Below are positions 19,433 through 29,875 of a stretch of 32,000 nucleotides of DNA, in pieces; the stretch's first letter is position 1, and each line of letters starts with the position of its first letter. The position numbers and the translations under genes are program-made. The DNA lies in NCBI RefSeq assembly GCF_000196355.1, contig NC_007614.1:2280001-2312000 (forward strand). The letters run 5' to 3'. This DNA is from Nitrosospira multiformis ATCC 25196 (GTDB lineage Bacteria > Pseudomonadota > Gammaproteobacteria > Burkholderiales > Nitrosomonadaceae). The notes under the pieces were generated by a model, which had not been told where the DNA came from, ran no database searches, and was given only the letters and a program-made list of their open reading frames with translations.

Positions 19433-20719
19433 ATGATGAAAACCAAAATCGCCATTATTGGTGGGGGCTTTGCTGGACTGAACTTGGTCAAGCATTTGGC
19501 TGGAAAAGAGGAATTTGATGTGACGCTGGTTGACATGAATAACTATCATCTTTTTCCTCCGCTTCTGTACCAGGCTGCGACCGGCTTCCTGGACGTGTCC
19601 AATATTGCGTACCCCTTCCGAAAATTTTTCCATGACAAGGTGAACGTCCATTTCCGGCTGGGCAAGCTGCAAAAGGTGATGCCTGAAGGAAACAAGGTAC
19701 TCCTGTCCACGGGCGAGTTGGCCTACGATTGTCTTGTTCTCGCCACGGGCACCGAGCCCAATTATTTTGGCATCGAAAATATTCGCCGGGCAGCACTGCC
19801 GATGAAGACGGCCGATGATGCCATAGAAATACGAAATTACATGCTTCAAAAAATGGAAGAAGTAACTATTGAGGTTGACGAAATGAGGAGGAAAAAACTG
19901 TTTTCGGTCGTGATTGCCGGTGGTGGTCCCACGGGAGTGGAAATTGCGGGCATGTTGGCAGAGATGCGCAAGAGAATCCTCCACAGGGATTACCCTGAAT
20001 TGACCGGTCTCCAGCCACGGATTCACCTTGTTGACAGTGCGTCCGCTCTATTGGGCGCGATGAGCGTTCATTCGCAAAAATACACCTACGAAGTGCTGCT
20101 GAAGATGGGCGTTGAAATACATCTAAATACCCAGGTGAAGGATTACATAAACGATACAGTGATTTTCTCCGACGGAAAAACCCTTGAGACGCAAATCCTG
20201 CTGTGGACTGCCGGCGTGACAGGGAAGATATTCGAAGGCCTGCCCCACGAATGTTATGGACGAGGTAACCGCCTGCTGGTAAATGAATATAACAAAGTCA
20301 GCGGAACAAGGGACATCTACGCCATAGGCGATACTTGTCTGCTGACCTCGGATAGAAATTTTCCGCAGGGACATCCCCAGCTTGCACAAGTGGCGCTTCA
20401 GCAAGGCAGAAACCTGGCCGCCAATCTTGTTGCCGTCATCCGTAACCAACCTTTGACACCGTTTGCATACAATGACAAAGGATCTCTGGCCATTATCGGT
20501 AGAAACAAGGCCGTGGCCGACTTTCCCAAACCCGCCTTGCATCTCGAAGGATTCATGGCATGGGGAATCTGGCTATTTGTACACCTTTTTTCTCTTGTCA
20601 CTTATCGTAACCGGTTTATGACATTAGCAAACTGGGCAGTTGCTTTTTTCACCAAGGATCAATCCTTGAGAATGATTATCAGGCCTCGATCGGATCAACA
20701 GAGCAGCAGGAATGAATGA
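19433..20719 (+). CDS. NAD(P)/FAD-dependent oxidoreductase, type II NADH dehydrogenase-like
   Basis: MMKTKIAIIGGGFAGLNLVKHLAG, second dinucleotide motif VVIAGGGPTGVEIAGMLAEM, DIYAIGDTC. Start set at 19433. Confidence 0.9.
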   Translation: MMKTKIAIIGGGFAGLNLVKHLAGKEEFDVTLVDMNNYHLFPPLLYQAATGFLDVSNIAYPFRKFFHDKVNVHFRLGKLQKVMPEGNKVLLSTGELAYDCLVLATGTEPNYFGIENIRRAALPMKTADDAIEIRNYMLQKMEEVTIEVDEMRRKKLFSVVIAGGGPTGVEIAGMLAEMRKRILHRDYPELTGLQPRIHLVDSASALLGAMSVHSQKYTYEVLLKMGVEIHLNTQVKDYINDTVIFSDGKTLETQILLWTAGVTGKIFEGLPHECYGRGNRLLVNEYNKVSGTRDIYAIGDTCLLTSDRNFPQGHPQLAQVALQQGRNLAANLVAVIRNQPLTPFAYNDKGSLAIIGRNKAVADFPKPALHLEGFMAWGIWLFVHLFSLVTYRNRFMTLANWAVAFFTKDQSLRMIIRPRSDQQSSRNE

Positions 20720-20906
20720 TTGCACACCCCTTGTTAACGCAAGGGGAAGGCCAGATACCTATCAAACGAGAAAATTGAAACTTTGTTCCAAACTGACATC
20801 CTTGCAGCAGCATCCCAGGATTACCATGACTACCCTGACATTGTGCCCTCTTTGCTGGGCGATTGATCCGGGAATTTAGAAACCTATCCTCACTCCTGTC
20901 CCAACC

Positions 20907-22298
20907 TTGCTTCCTTTTCCCTACGTCATCCTGGACCTGGAAACCACGGGCGGCACGCCCCTGCATGACCGCATCATCGAGATTGCGCTCATTCGTTTCG
21001 AGGAAGGAATGGAAAGCGAGCGTTGGGAAACGCTCGTTAATCCAGGCATATCCATTCCGCCTTTCATCACGCATCTGACCGGTATCAGCAACGGGATGGT
21101 AAAGGATGCGCCTTCCTTCGGGGATATCGCCCACCGGCTCTACGGTTTTCTTGATGGAGCGGTGCTGGCAGCGCATAACGTCCGCTTCGACTACGGATTC
21201 CTGAAGAACGAGTACCGGCGCATGGGCGCGCTGCTCCAGCACAGGGTATTGTGCACGGCCCGGCTTTCGCGCAAGCTCTATCCTCAGCACAAGGGTCATG
21301 GACTCGATGCCATCATGCAGCGTCATGGGCTAAAGACCGAGATGCGCCACCGGGCGATGGGGGACGTGGAGCTCGTCGCAGCCTATCTTGAGATGGCAAG
21401 GCGCGAGCTGGGTGCCCGGGAGGTACAAGAAGCGGCAGCCATCCTGCTGAAAGACCCAAGCCTGCCCGCAGGCCTGGATGCTTCGATTCTGGACCAGATT
21501 CCGGACAGGCCGGGTGTCTATTTCTTCTACGGCAAAAACGGCCTTCCCCTCTATATCGGCAAGAGCGTGACGCTGCGCTCCCGGGTCATGTCCCATTTCA
21601 GCGGCGACCATGCTTCGTTCAGCGACATGCGCATTGCCCAGGAGGTCGAGCGGGTCGAATGGATGGAAACAGCCGGGGAACTGGGCGCACTGCTGCTGGA
21701 GTCGAGGTTAATCAAGGAGCATCATCCCATCCACAACAAGCGATTGCGCCGCTCCCGCACGCTCTTTTCCCTGAAGCTGGGCGACGACTCGTACGAGGCT
21801 CCCCTGGTGAATATCGTGACGGAAGAGGATATCCACCCTGAGGTGTTCGGCGATCTGTACGGGCTCTTCCGCTCGAAAACAAAAGCGGTTGATGCACTGC
21901 GCGAGGTTGTCCGGGAGAACAGGTTGTGTCCCCGGGTGGTAGGCCTTGAGAATGGGAAGGGCGCGTGTTTCGCACACCAGTTGAAACGCTGTAACGGCGT
22001 CTGCGCGGGCAAGGAAGTGCCGCAACTGCATTACCTGCGCCTGAAACAGGCGCTGCTCCCCCTTAAGCTCAAATCATGGCCCTATCCCGGCAGGATCGGC
22101 ATACGGGAATACAATGCGTCGTCCGGCCGATCGGAAGTGCATGTCTTCCACTACTGGTGCCATCTGGGAACGGTGGACAACGAAGCCGGCCTGGACGATG
22201 TGCTGGGGACGCGCTCATCCATGAAGTTTGATCTCGATACCTACAAGCTGCTCCTAAAGACCCTGGGAAAGCAAACAGAGGTGATTACGTTTGGATAG
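20907..22298 (+). CDS. Fused DnaQ-like 3'-5' exonuclease and UvrC/Cho-like GIY-YIG nuclease
   Basis: Exonuclease motifs FPYVILDLETTGG, HNVRFDYGFL, HRAMGDVELV; then DRPGVYFFYGKNGLPLYIGKSVTLRSRV. Confidence 0.9.
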   Translation: MLPFPYVILDLETTGGTPLHDRIIEIALIRFEEGMESERWETLVNPGISIPPFITHLTGISNGMVKDAPSFGDIAHRLYGFLDGAVLAAHNVRFDYGFLKNEYRRMGALLQHRVLCTARLSRKLYPQHKGHGLDAIMQRHGLKTEMRHRAMGDVELVAAYLEMARRELGAREVQEAAAILLKDPSLPAGLDASILDQIPDRPGVYFFYGKNGLPLYIGKSVTLRSRVMSHFSGDHASFSDMRIAQEVERVEWMETAGELGALLLESRLIKEHHPIHNKRLRRSRTLFSLKLGDDSYEAPLVNIVTEEDIHPEVFGDLYGLFRSKTKAVDALREVVRENRLCPRVVGLENGKGACFAHQLKRCNGVCAGKEVPQLHYLRLKQALLPLKLKSWPYPGRIGIREYNASSGRSEVHVFHYWCHLGTVDNEAGLDDVLGTRSSMKFDLDTYKLLLKTLGKQTEVITFG

Positions 22299-22336
22299 AC
22301 TGTTTCTGGTGCGAAAATGGCTCTCGTATGCAGCCT

Positions 22337-22570
22337 TCATGCGCGCTCAAAACTTCCCTCCAGCCACAGCGCCATGAGCTGCTTGGAAATGTCGCGCAGA
22401 TCCCAGCGTGAGGGATCCAGGCTGTCCTTGTTTTCAAGCGAGATGCGATCTATCTTTGGATTATCTGGTGAGCGCGTCACTCTGGCCGTGACGCCGGATT
22501 GATGCACTGCCGTTCGGGAAATCATTTCAAGCGTCCAAAGTGAACGCCATGCCTCGTCATCCCTATCCAT
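22337..22570 (-). CDS. Hypothetical protein, 77 aa
   Basis: Uninterrupted ORF convergent with the upstream nuclease gene; charged composition; no recognised family. Confidence 0.4.
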   Translation of the reverse strand: MDRDDEAWRSLWTLEMISRTAVHQSGVTARVTRSPDNPKIDRISLENKDSLDPSRWDLRDISKQLMALWLEGSFERA

Positions 22571-22750
22571 GCTATCCGCTCCTCCTGGCCGTTGCGCATC
22601 GTTCGTACGGCCAATTTAGAGCAAATAGCATTTTTCTTATGGGTGAAAAAATCCTGTTTTTTCCTGCCTTATCAGGGGATGGTTTTTCTCATTGCGAAAA
22701 TTCTGCCGCAATCCTGATTAGCGCAGAGCATTGCATAAGCTGCCATCGAT

Positions 22751-23434
22751 TCAATTGGCTTCTCGTGAGCCAGGACGAGTTGCAAGATGCACAAGCTCCA
22801 TGAGTCCGGGCAGGGTGGAGGCAGACTTGAGGGCATTCCGAAAAATTCCACAAATGACGGGGTCGATCTTGTACCGGAATTCACCAAGCCTGATCTCGCA
22901 TCCATCGTCTGCAACTGATGGGGCAGACTTATTGTGCCGGAAATCCCACGGTGCGACAGGCGCCACATCATTCCACAGTCCAATGCCCTTGAGACTGGCT
23001 GCCTTCTGAGCCTCGGCATAAAGCTGCTTATCAGCCCGCCGCAGATCTTTGTCATACTGTTTGTAATGCCATGCCAGCCCGGCCTTGATCTGCTTCAAGT
23101 TTACGTCCTGCCCATTCAGCAGCACTTTTCCCAAAATACGCTGATAGCGATCTTGCTTGTACCACTCCACGGCAACTGTTTTGCCAAACACCAGATCAGC
23201 CAGGTTTTGCCGGGATACGGTGCCAAACGGCTGTGCATGTTCAGGCGCATCGATTCCCAAAAGTCTGATCTTGTGCTGCCGGTTTGACTTGTCGAGGACT
23301 GTCAGGGTATCGCCATCGGCGATCTTGACCACGCGACCGCTCAACATTTCTGCTTGAGCGAGGCAGGTGCATGAGATATAGACAGCTAGGCCGGCTATTA
23401 ACCGGCTCAACTCAGCTAATCTATCCCGTGACAT
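22751..23434 (-). CDS. Secreted thermonuclease/staphylococcal nuclease-like protein
   Basis: GRVVKIADGDTLTVLDKSNRQHKIRLLGIDAPEHAQPFG...WYKQDRYQRILGKVLLNGQDVN; N-terminal hydrophobic segment ending QAE. Confidence 0.92.
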   Translation of the reverse strand: MSRDRLAELSRLIAGLAVYISCTCLAQAEMLSGRVVKIADGDTLTVLDKSNRQHKIRLLGIDAPEHAQPFGTVSRQNLADLVFGKTVAVEWYKQDRYQRILGKVLLNGQDVNLKQIKAGLAWHYKQYDKDLRRADKQLYAEAQKAASLKGIGLWNDVAPVAPWDFRHNKSAPSVADDGCEIRLGEFRYKIDPVICGIFRNALKSASTLPGLMELVHLATRPGSREAN

Positions 23435-23708
23435 TACACGTTACCTTGATGCTAGCCACTGCCTGTATGAAGCGCTCGGACGAGATGTCCTGCAGCTTGT
23501 AGCACCCAATCTGGGACGCTTTCGGCAGCGCCATGCCGGTGAGGCGAATGGTTGCTGTCTGACTTAAACCTCGCCTGCCTATCAGTTCGTTTAGCTTGAT
23601 CCCGAGGAGCGTCTTCGCCGATGGTTCCTCCCCACCGTCAAAACCGGGGTTGGTCAGCACATTATCGGTACCTTGAGAATGCTCTTTGTATGTCCTCATG
23701 ATCTCCAT
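23421..23708 (-). CDS. XRE/HTH antitoxin-like protein (HTH_37-like), divergent C-terminus
   Basis: NVLTNPGFDGGEEPSAKTLLGIKLNELIGRRGLSQTATIRLTGMALPKASQIGCYKLQDISSERFIQAVAS resembles solitary HigA-like HTH proteins. Overlaps the SNase start by 14 bp. Confidence 0.65.
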   Translation of the reverse strand: MEIMRTYKEHSQGTDNVLTNPGFDGGEEPSAKTLLGIKLNELIGRRGLSQTATIRLTGMALPKASQIGCYKLQDISSERFIQAVASIKVTCNVTG

Positions 23709-23775
23709 TTATCCTAATATAGGGGCGAGCACTGCCTGCAATCGTTCTCCATCGACTGCCCGTCCGGTTGAGACG

Positions 23776-26037
23776 TCATAATTTGATGCGATTTAGCCGC
23801 AAGGCATTGGTCACGACCGATACGGAGCTCATTGCCATGGCAGCGCCAGCGAACATGGGCGAGAGCAGCAGCCCGAAGACGGGGTAAAGCACGCCCGCAG
23901 CGAGCGGTATGCCCAGCGCATTGTAGCCGAATGCGAAGACGAGGTTTTGCCGGATGTTGCGCATGGTGGCGCGCGACAGGGCGACGGCTCGTTCAATACC
24001 ACGCAGGTCTCCTTTGACAAGGGTCACCCCAGCGCTCTCCATTGCCACGTCAGTGCCAGTACCCATTGCGATACCGACATCAGCTTGCGCTAGCGCAGGC
24101 GCGTCATTGATGCCATCACCCGCCATGGCTACCTTATGCCCTTCAGCCTGTAACCGTTTAACATGATCGGCCTTGTCTGCCGGGAGTACCTCGGCCAGCA
24201 CTTCATCAATGCCAAGATATCGAGCGATCACATCGGCTGTGCGCCTTGAGTCCCCCGTGAGCATCACGACGCGCACGTCCAAGTGCTTAAGTACCGCGAT
24301 GGCTTCGGATGTGCCTTCCTTGACGGGATCGGCGACTGCTGCGATTCCAGCGGCAATTTCATTCACAGCGAAGAATACTACCGTTTTGGCCTGGGCACGC
24401 CAATCTTCTACTCGATGGTGCCAGGATTGCGTATCCACTCCGTGCAGCATGAGAAAATCGCGACTGCCCACGAGCACGCGCTTGCCGCCGACGTCGGCCT
24501 TGACGCCAAGCCCGTTGATCGCCTCGAAATTTTCCGGGGTCGGGAGATTTAAACCGCGGGCCTTGGCAGCCTCAGCGATTGCATGGGCAATGGGATGCTC
24601 GGAACGCTGCTCCACCCCTGCCACGAGTGCTACCGCCTCGTCTTGTTCCATGCCTTCTACGGCAAAATCAGTCAGTGTGGGACGCCCCAAGGTGAGGGTT
24701 CCCGTCTTGTCAACCACTACGGTGTCGATTTCACGCATCCGCTCGATCGCTTCAGCGTTGCGGAACAGGATACCCGCATGCGCACCCTGCCCCATCGCGA
24801 CCGTCATGGAGATAGGCGTGGCAAGGCCTACTGCGCAAGGACATGCAATGATGAGGACCGCAATGGCGTTGAGAAACGCATAGGTAAACCGGGGCTCAGG
24901 GCCCGCAACCCCCCAGGCAAGCGCGGTGATAACGGCGATAGCGATAACGATCTGGACAAAATACGCCGCGATCACATCGGCGAGTTTTTGGATCGGCGCG
25001 CGTGTGCGCTGCGCTTCTCCGACCATATGAACGATGCGTGCCAGCAGCGTGTCTGCACCCACCCGTTCGGCGCGTATTACCAATGAGCCATTGCTGTTGA
25101 TGGTGGCCCCGGTTACCTTATCGCCCGCTGCTTTAGCTACCGGCATGGGCTCGCCGGTAATCATCGATTCGTCCACTCGGCTTATCCCCTCAAGCACCGT
25201 GCCGTCGACTGGAATTTTTTCTCCGGGCTTTACACGCAATCGGTCGCCCACCCCAATCAAATCCAGTGAAACCTGCTCTTCCGTTCCATCATCACGCACA
25301 CGCCATGCCTGGTTAGGTGCCAACTTCAACAACTGCTGAATGGCTCGGCTGGTTTGCCCCATGGCTCGTGTCTGGAGATATTCACCCAGTATTACCAGGG
25401 TCGTAATGATGGCAGCGGCCTCAAAATATGTTCCCACGGCGCCATCGTGTTCCCTAAACTCCGGTGGGAACAAGCCGGGCAAGAATACGGCTGCCAGACT
25501 GAACAGATAGGCAAATGCGACTCCCAATCCGATCAGCGTATACATGTTGAGCGCGCGATGCACGAGCGAGAACCAGAATTTGCGCAGAATTGGCCATCCC
25601 ACCCACAACACAACCGGTGTAGCCAGGAAGAATTCAACCCATCCGCGCAAGCGCGGCTGTAGCCCGAACAAGTCATGGGCTCCAATCATGGGAGTCATCG
25701 CCGCCATTACAAGGGGAATCGATAGCACGACCCCCACCTTCAGCCGCTGCGCGAGATCTCGCAACTCTGAGTCGCCGGCTTCGCCTTCGCCAGTACCTGT
25801 GCCTGTGCCGACAAGGGGTACCAATACCATTCCGCAGATGGGGCAGTCGCCGGGTTCATCTTGGATGATCTCCGGGTGCATGGGGCAGGTCCATTGGCCG
25901 CCTGCTGCTGTCACCCCAGGGCTGGAAGGGATCGAATCGCTCCACTTCCCGTACTCATGAGCACTTGTTGGATGAGCAGAAACTCTATGATTACGAGCGC
26001 GTGTTTGATGCGAGGAATGATTTGGGCCTTCAGTCAT
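23776..26037 (-). CDS. copA: Cu-type heavy-metal translocating P1B ATPase with N-terminal CPMHPEI...CPICGM metal-binding domain
   Basis: [59 protein letters not shown]. Confidence 0.93.
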   Translation of the reverse strand: MTEGPNHSSHQTRARNHRVSAHPTSAHEYGKWSDSIPSSPGVTAAGGQWTCPMHPEIIQDEPGDCPICGMVLVPLVGTGTGTGEGEAGDSELRDLAQRLKVGVVLSIPLVMAAMTPMIGAHDLFGLQPRLRGWVEFFLATPVVLWVGWPILRKFWFSLVHRALNMYTLIGLGVAFAYLFSLAAVFLPGLFPPEFREHDGAVGTYFEAAAIITTLVILGEYLQTRAMGQTSRAIQQLLKLAPNQAWRVRDDGTEEQVSLDLIGVGDRLRVKPGEKIPVDGTVLEGISRVDESMITGEPMPVAKAAGDKVTGATINSNGSLVIRAERVGADTLLARIVHMVGEAQRTRAPIQKLADVIAAYFVQIVIAIAVITALAWGVAGPEPRFTYAFLNAIAVLIIACPCAVGLATPISMTVAMGQGAHAGILFRNAEAIERMREIDTVVVDKTGTLTLGRPTLTDFAVEGMEQDEAVALVAGVEQRSEHPIAHAIAEAAKARGLNLPTPENFEAINGLGVKADVGGKRVLVGSRDFLMLHGVDTQSWHHRVEDWRAQAKTVVFFAVNEIAAGIAAVADPVKEGTSEAIAVLKHLDVRVVMLTGDSRRTADVIARYLGIDEVLAEVLPADKADHVKRLQAEGHKVAMAGDGINDAPALAQADVGIAMGTGTDVAMESAGVTLVKGDLRGIERAVALSRATMRNIRQNLVFAFGYNALGIPLAAGVLYPVFGLLLSPMFAGAAMAMSSVSVVTNALRLNRIKL

Positions 26038-26053
26038 TTTCCACCCCTTAAAA

Positions 26054-26311
26054 CCGTTCCTGAGCTACACCCAGCTACAATCTGAGATTCCCAGCAGATC
26101 GACAAGAGGATAGCTCGCCGTGAAACCTGCGCCAAGAGCCAGCGACAGCACGAAAGCGGCCGGCAGCAGCCAGATTTTGGCTCCACCAGTTTACGCTGCC
26201 CACAAACCCCTTGCCAGCATACGCAAATGGTCAAGTCCGCGTGGTGACTGCCTGAGGCCAGCTGTCAAACCTGAAATATCAAGACCGGTATGCGCACAGG
26301 CAGCGCTGGTG
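26054..26311 (-). pseudogene. Possible remnant of a small membrane protein upstream of copA
   Basis: The minus frame reads ...PRGLDHLRMLARGLWAA*TGGAKIWLLPAAFVLSLALGAGFTASYPLVDLLGISDCSWV*: protein-like but interrupted by an in-frame stop. No confident family. Confidence 0.25.
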
Positions 26312-26917
26312 GCACCCCAGAAAACTGTCGTGCCCCCAAATTGTATTGCAGTTTTTTGCCTCATTTTTTCCAGTTTGAACTTTTATACTCATATTCCCCC
26401 CTAGCAAGTGGTTGGTTCAATTGTAGCCCCTGCTGCGCTTTCTGCTTAAAGTCACGGCAATATGTACGCTACTGACCAAGTTGACTCCCTTTTGATCTCT
26501 CGCTGGACTTAAAATCGTCCATCGGCTTACTGGGTTTGAAGCATTTTGTCTGAGCGAAGCACTCGGCTTTGACATACCAGAGAAGGATTATGCGCAACTC
26601 GTCACACTGGATAGCGCCGTCGAATATCTCTCTCGCCGCTCCTCCGCATTGTAAAAAACCTCCAAACTCTTCCTGCCGCGCTTTTAAGGAGGCCATGGTA
26701 CTCTGCTGCACCAAATCTGGTGTCGGAGCTCAGGGTGGAGGCCAAACGGATGCTCGCTCCGCATCCGGAAGATTCGTTTCCGTGTGCATCATGGGTATGT
26801 GGTACCGATCAAAATACTGCCGTGCAATGACGTAGAAGCCAAAGATTCCCCGCCTGCCCTCAAGCGACCATCCTGGGAGACGGGCCGCCTATTCCATTTA
26901 CTTGCCTCTGGAAGCTC

Positions 26918-27109
26918 ATGACTAACAAGTCTTATTCTGATATCACTTCCGAAATCAATCGTGGCATTTTAAATGCTGCGGCAAAGCGTCCCGGACGCAA
27001 TGGCAGGGTTCAACGCGATGGCACAGAGCGCCCTCAAACCGGGTGCCTTGTCCGAGGTGCATAAGGAACTGATAGCCCTTGCGATTGGCGTGGCGGGGCA
27101 CTGTGACGG
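26918..27109 (+). pseudogene. Carboxymuconolactone decarboxylase/AhpD-like gene, frameshifted and truncated by an IS end
   Basis: MTNKSYSDITSEINRGIL in one frame, continued in another as LRQSVPDAMAGFNAMAQSALKPGALSEVHKELIALAIGVAGHCDG; homology stops exactly where the IS terminus begins. Confidence 0.8.
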
Positions 27110-27240
27110 TGATCTGCTTGGGTTTCCAGGACCATTCCGAGAGTTAGTTTTCGGCGCTGGTTAAACCCGGGCAAGGCTTGAAAGCCCCGCCCGGTGTGCA
27201 AATTCGGCTGGCGACAGGTCATTGAGAGTCGAGTAAGGCC
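27110..27240. mobile_element. Truncated IS3-family element end (about 130 bp)
   Basis: Starts with the same TGATCTGCTTGGGTTTCCAGGACCATTCCGAGAG terminus as the full element at 28983 and is near-identical to 28983-29113, then diverges. Confidence 0.9.
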
Positions 27241-27291
27241 GGTACGATGTGAGAACTGCAATCGTGACGTTTTAGCTGCAGGTCGGATCTG

Positions 27292-28659
27292 TCACGGTTT
27301 TTCCGTTTGCGTTCCCAGCGAACTATCGGCGCTCTTTCGGGCGCCCGCTGCAGGTGCATGCTGCGCCTCGACGGTACGCATCAGATTGAATGCCAGAAGT
27401 TTTCCCAGGCGCTGATTGCCCAGGGGCACGCCTTCCACCCGCTGGATAATGTCCAGATCGGGCGCCTTGTTGGCTTCCATGATGCATGGACCACTGTCGA
27501 GCAGAGCAACATCCCATCCAATGACAACCTGGTCAGAAAACGCGGCGCCATGCGCATATTGCACCAGCTCGACCAACTCAAACCAGCACGGCAGCTTGCG
27601 ACCTTGGATCTGCGCCCCGGTTTCGGAATGTTGTTCATACCATCCGTCGCCCGTGGCTCCCCAAGCCCCGCGCGTACCCCTTCCGAGCGTACCGGTGGAA
27701 ATGTCGACATTGGCTGCAATACCCCCAGCGTGAAAGTTATCGACGACGACCAGCTTGTTTCGCGCCATGCGAAAAGCCGCATTGGTCACTTCGAACTCCC
27801 CCTTTTCGTTACGGCATGTCATCACGCGAACGGTGGAAAGTGTTCCATTGGCCAGATCGGCAATCTCACAGTGACTCACAAGCCGCGGCTGCACCAGGAA
27901 AGCCGCGTGCCGCGATGCGTGCCGCAGCCGCTCCAACACTTGACTTCCAGTAGCAACTTCGCCGTCATTGCGGCGGAATTGCCCGGAACCGAGATAATCC
28001 CAGCGCGTGGCCTTTTTCCCGCCCTGTCCGTGAACGGGTTTTATGAAGAGATCGCGCTCGGGTAATTCGGGCAGTGCCGGTAGTTCCGGCAAACCCCAAT
28101 CCACCGCCGTAATCTTTTCCTGCGCCACATTAAAAAAAACGGGAGCAGTTGTGATCCCATGCGCACGACAGCGAGCCCGGAAGCGTCCCTTATCCTTTAT
28201 GGAGCCGGTGCTGCGTTCCGCGGGAATAGGGAGACCACCGTTGTTATCGCGCAGGAAGCGATAGAGTCCCCCTTTCGTCTCAAGCCGGTTCAGATACTCC
28301 CCTGCATGCAGTTTCTTGTCATCGTCATGCAGTTCGAAGATGTAATACCATGGGGGTAGAATCGCAAAGCGTATCGCAAGCTCAATCTGCTCCTGGATCT
28401 GGCGGATTAAACCTTTCCCCGTCCGCTTCTTGATAGCGCGACCATTGATCGCTGTGAAAACCGCTACCAGAACAGCAAGTATGAACGGTACGAACGGCAA
28501 CGCGACGCGCATGATGATCCGATCGCCAAGGGCCTCCTTGCTCCAGACCTCGCGCTGAATGCAGCGGTGGATATACATAGCCGGCGAACCGTCCTCCGGC
28601 AGCCGGGCGAAGATCCACGCTGCCCCGCTCAAATCCCGGGTTATTCTATCAATAATCAA
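27292..28659 (-). CDS. Sugar-transfer-associated / alpha-L-glutamate ligase-like ATP-grasp protein with N-terminal TM segment
   Basis: GSIKDKGRFRARCRAHGITTAPVF, DLFIKPVHGQGGKKATRWDY, VQPRLVSHCEIADLANGTLSTVRVMTCRNEKGEFEV, GWDVALLDSGPCIMEANKAPD. Confidence 0.85.
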   Translation of the reverse strand: MIIDRITRDLSGAAWIFARLPEDGSPAMYIHRCIQREVWSKEALGDRIIMRVALPFVPFILAVLVAVFTAINGRAIKKRTGKGLIRQIQEQIELAIRFAILPPWYYIFELHDDDKKLHAGEYLNRLETKGGLYRFLRDNNGGLPIPAERSTGSIKDKGRFRARCRAHGITTAPVFFNVAQEKITAVDWGLPELPALPELPERDLFIKPVHGQGGKKATRWDYLGSGQFRRNDGEVATGSQVLERLRHASRHAAFLVQPRLVSHCEIADLANGTLSTVRVMTCRNEKGEFEVTNAAFRMARNKLVVVDNFHAGGIAANVDISTGTLGRGTRGAWGATGDGWYEQHSETGAQIQGRKLPCWFELVELVQYAHGAAFSDQVVIGWDVALLDSGPCIMEANKAPDLDIIQRVEGVPLGNQRLGKLLAFNLMRTVEAQHAPAAGARKSADSSLGTQTEKP

Positions 28660-29031
28660 AGTCGTCGGCGATTTTCACCGCCCTCCATAATGCGTTGCGG
28701 TAATCGACTGCCCTGCTCAGGTGCCAGAGCAAAAGTAGAACTTGAAGCTCATGCAGTCAGCTCAGCATGAAAATCTGCCGCATAGAGCAACACTGAATCC
28801 AAGCGTTGCGATCAGACAAGGCAAGCAAGGATATCATTGTCTCGCTGCCACTGGTTTCCTTGATTAACAATTGCAGCGGAGATAGCCACCCGGGTATCGT
28901 TAGTGATGTCATGAACTGACAGATCAATGCATCGTTCTGTTCAAGTTGCTTGTAAGAAATATATCTTGAGCTTGGCATTCTGATCTGCTTGGGTTTCCAG
29001 GACCATTCCGAGAGTTAGTTTTCGGCGCTGG

Positions 29032-29875
29032 TTAAACCCGGGCAAGGCTTGAAAGCCCCGCCCGGTGTGCAAATTCGGCTGGCGACAGGTCATTGAGAGT
29101 CGAGTGAGGCCGACTCTCGTTGTAGTCCCGCCCCCAGTCCTCGATGATCGCTTTGGCCTCTTCCAGCGTTTCAAACCAGTGCAAGTTAAGACACTCGTCC
29201 CGGAATGATCCGTTAAACGTCTCGATGTGGCAATTGTCCGTCGGCTTTCCTGGCCGGCTGAAGTCGATCCGTGCCTGGGGATGGTAGGCCCAGAGATCGA
29301 GCAACTGCCCCGAGAATTCGCTGCCATTATCGACAAAAAGATATTGAGGAGGACCCCGCCGCGGCCAGTCGATTTAACGTAGCGACCACATGGTCGCTTC
29401 GCAAGCGCTGGCCCACTTCGATTGCCAATGCTTCCTTGCTGAAGACATCCTTAATCGTCAGCGTACGAAATCTCATGCCATTGGCCAGTTGGTCCGCCAC
29501 AAAGTCCATGCTCCATGCTTCATTGGGTTTGACCGGCTTGATCTTTGCCTGGCGTCTCACGACCATCTTGCGCCGCCTGGGCAGCTTTGAGCGAAGCTGC
29601 AGCTGCTCTTCGCTATAAAGCCGATACATCTGGTTTTTACCCAGCTGCCAGCCTTCACGCTTGAGAAGCACGTGGATGCGCCGGTAACCATAACGCACTC
29701 GTGTCTTTGCAATCTCCCGCATACGCCCTCGCAACGCCTGCTTCGGATCCTTGATGCTCCGATAGTACTGGACGCTGCGCGATTGCTTCATCAACCTGCA
29801 GGCCCGCCGCATGTTCAGGTCATGGTGGCTCACGATGTAGTCCACCACTTCGCGTTTCAGCGCGGGCCGGGCCAC
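29032..29875 (-). pseudogene. IS3-family orfB transposase (rve integrase domain), frameshifted
   Basis: The first frame (29327-29875) reads ...WSMDFVADQLANGMRFRTLTIKDVFSKE...NRLAAA. The second frame continues GPPQYLFVDNGSEFSGQLLDLWAYHPQARIDFSRPGKPTDNCHIETFNGSFRDECL...LARV*. Confidence 0.88.

Noticed and set aside
19409-20026. Minus-strand 205-aa ORF opposite the NDH-2 gene
   Set aside because: Antisense shadow; the plus strand has both dinucleotide-binding motifs.
23421-23708. Complete toxin-antitoxin system
   Set aside because: Only the HTH/antitoxin-like partner is visible; the neighbours are an SNase with signal peptide and copA, so no toxin can be assigned.
24173-24883. Plus-strand 236-aa Ser/Thr/Ala-rich ORF inside copA
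   Set aside because: Composition-driven antisense ORF opposite the conserved P-type ATPase core.
27365-28065. Long plus-strand ORF (27307..28065, 252 aa) inside the ATP-grasp gene
   Set aside because: Antisense shadow ORF in GC-rich coding DNA; the minus-strand protein has clear ATP-grasp motifs.
28685-28978. Minus-strand ORF 28757..28978 between the ATP-grasp gene and the IS
   Set aside because: No domain or clear SD; not distinguishable from random intergenic sequence.
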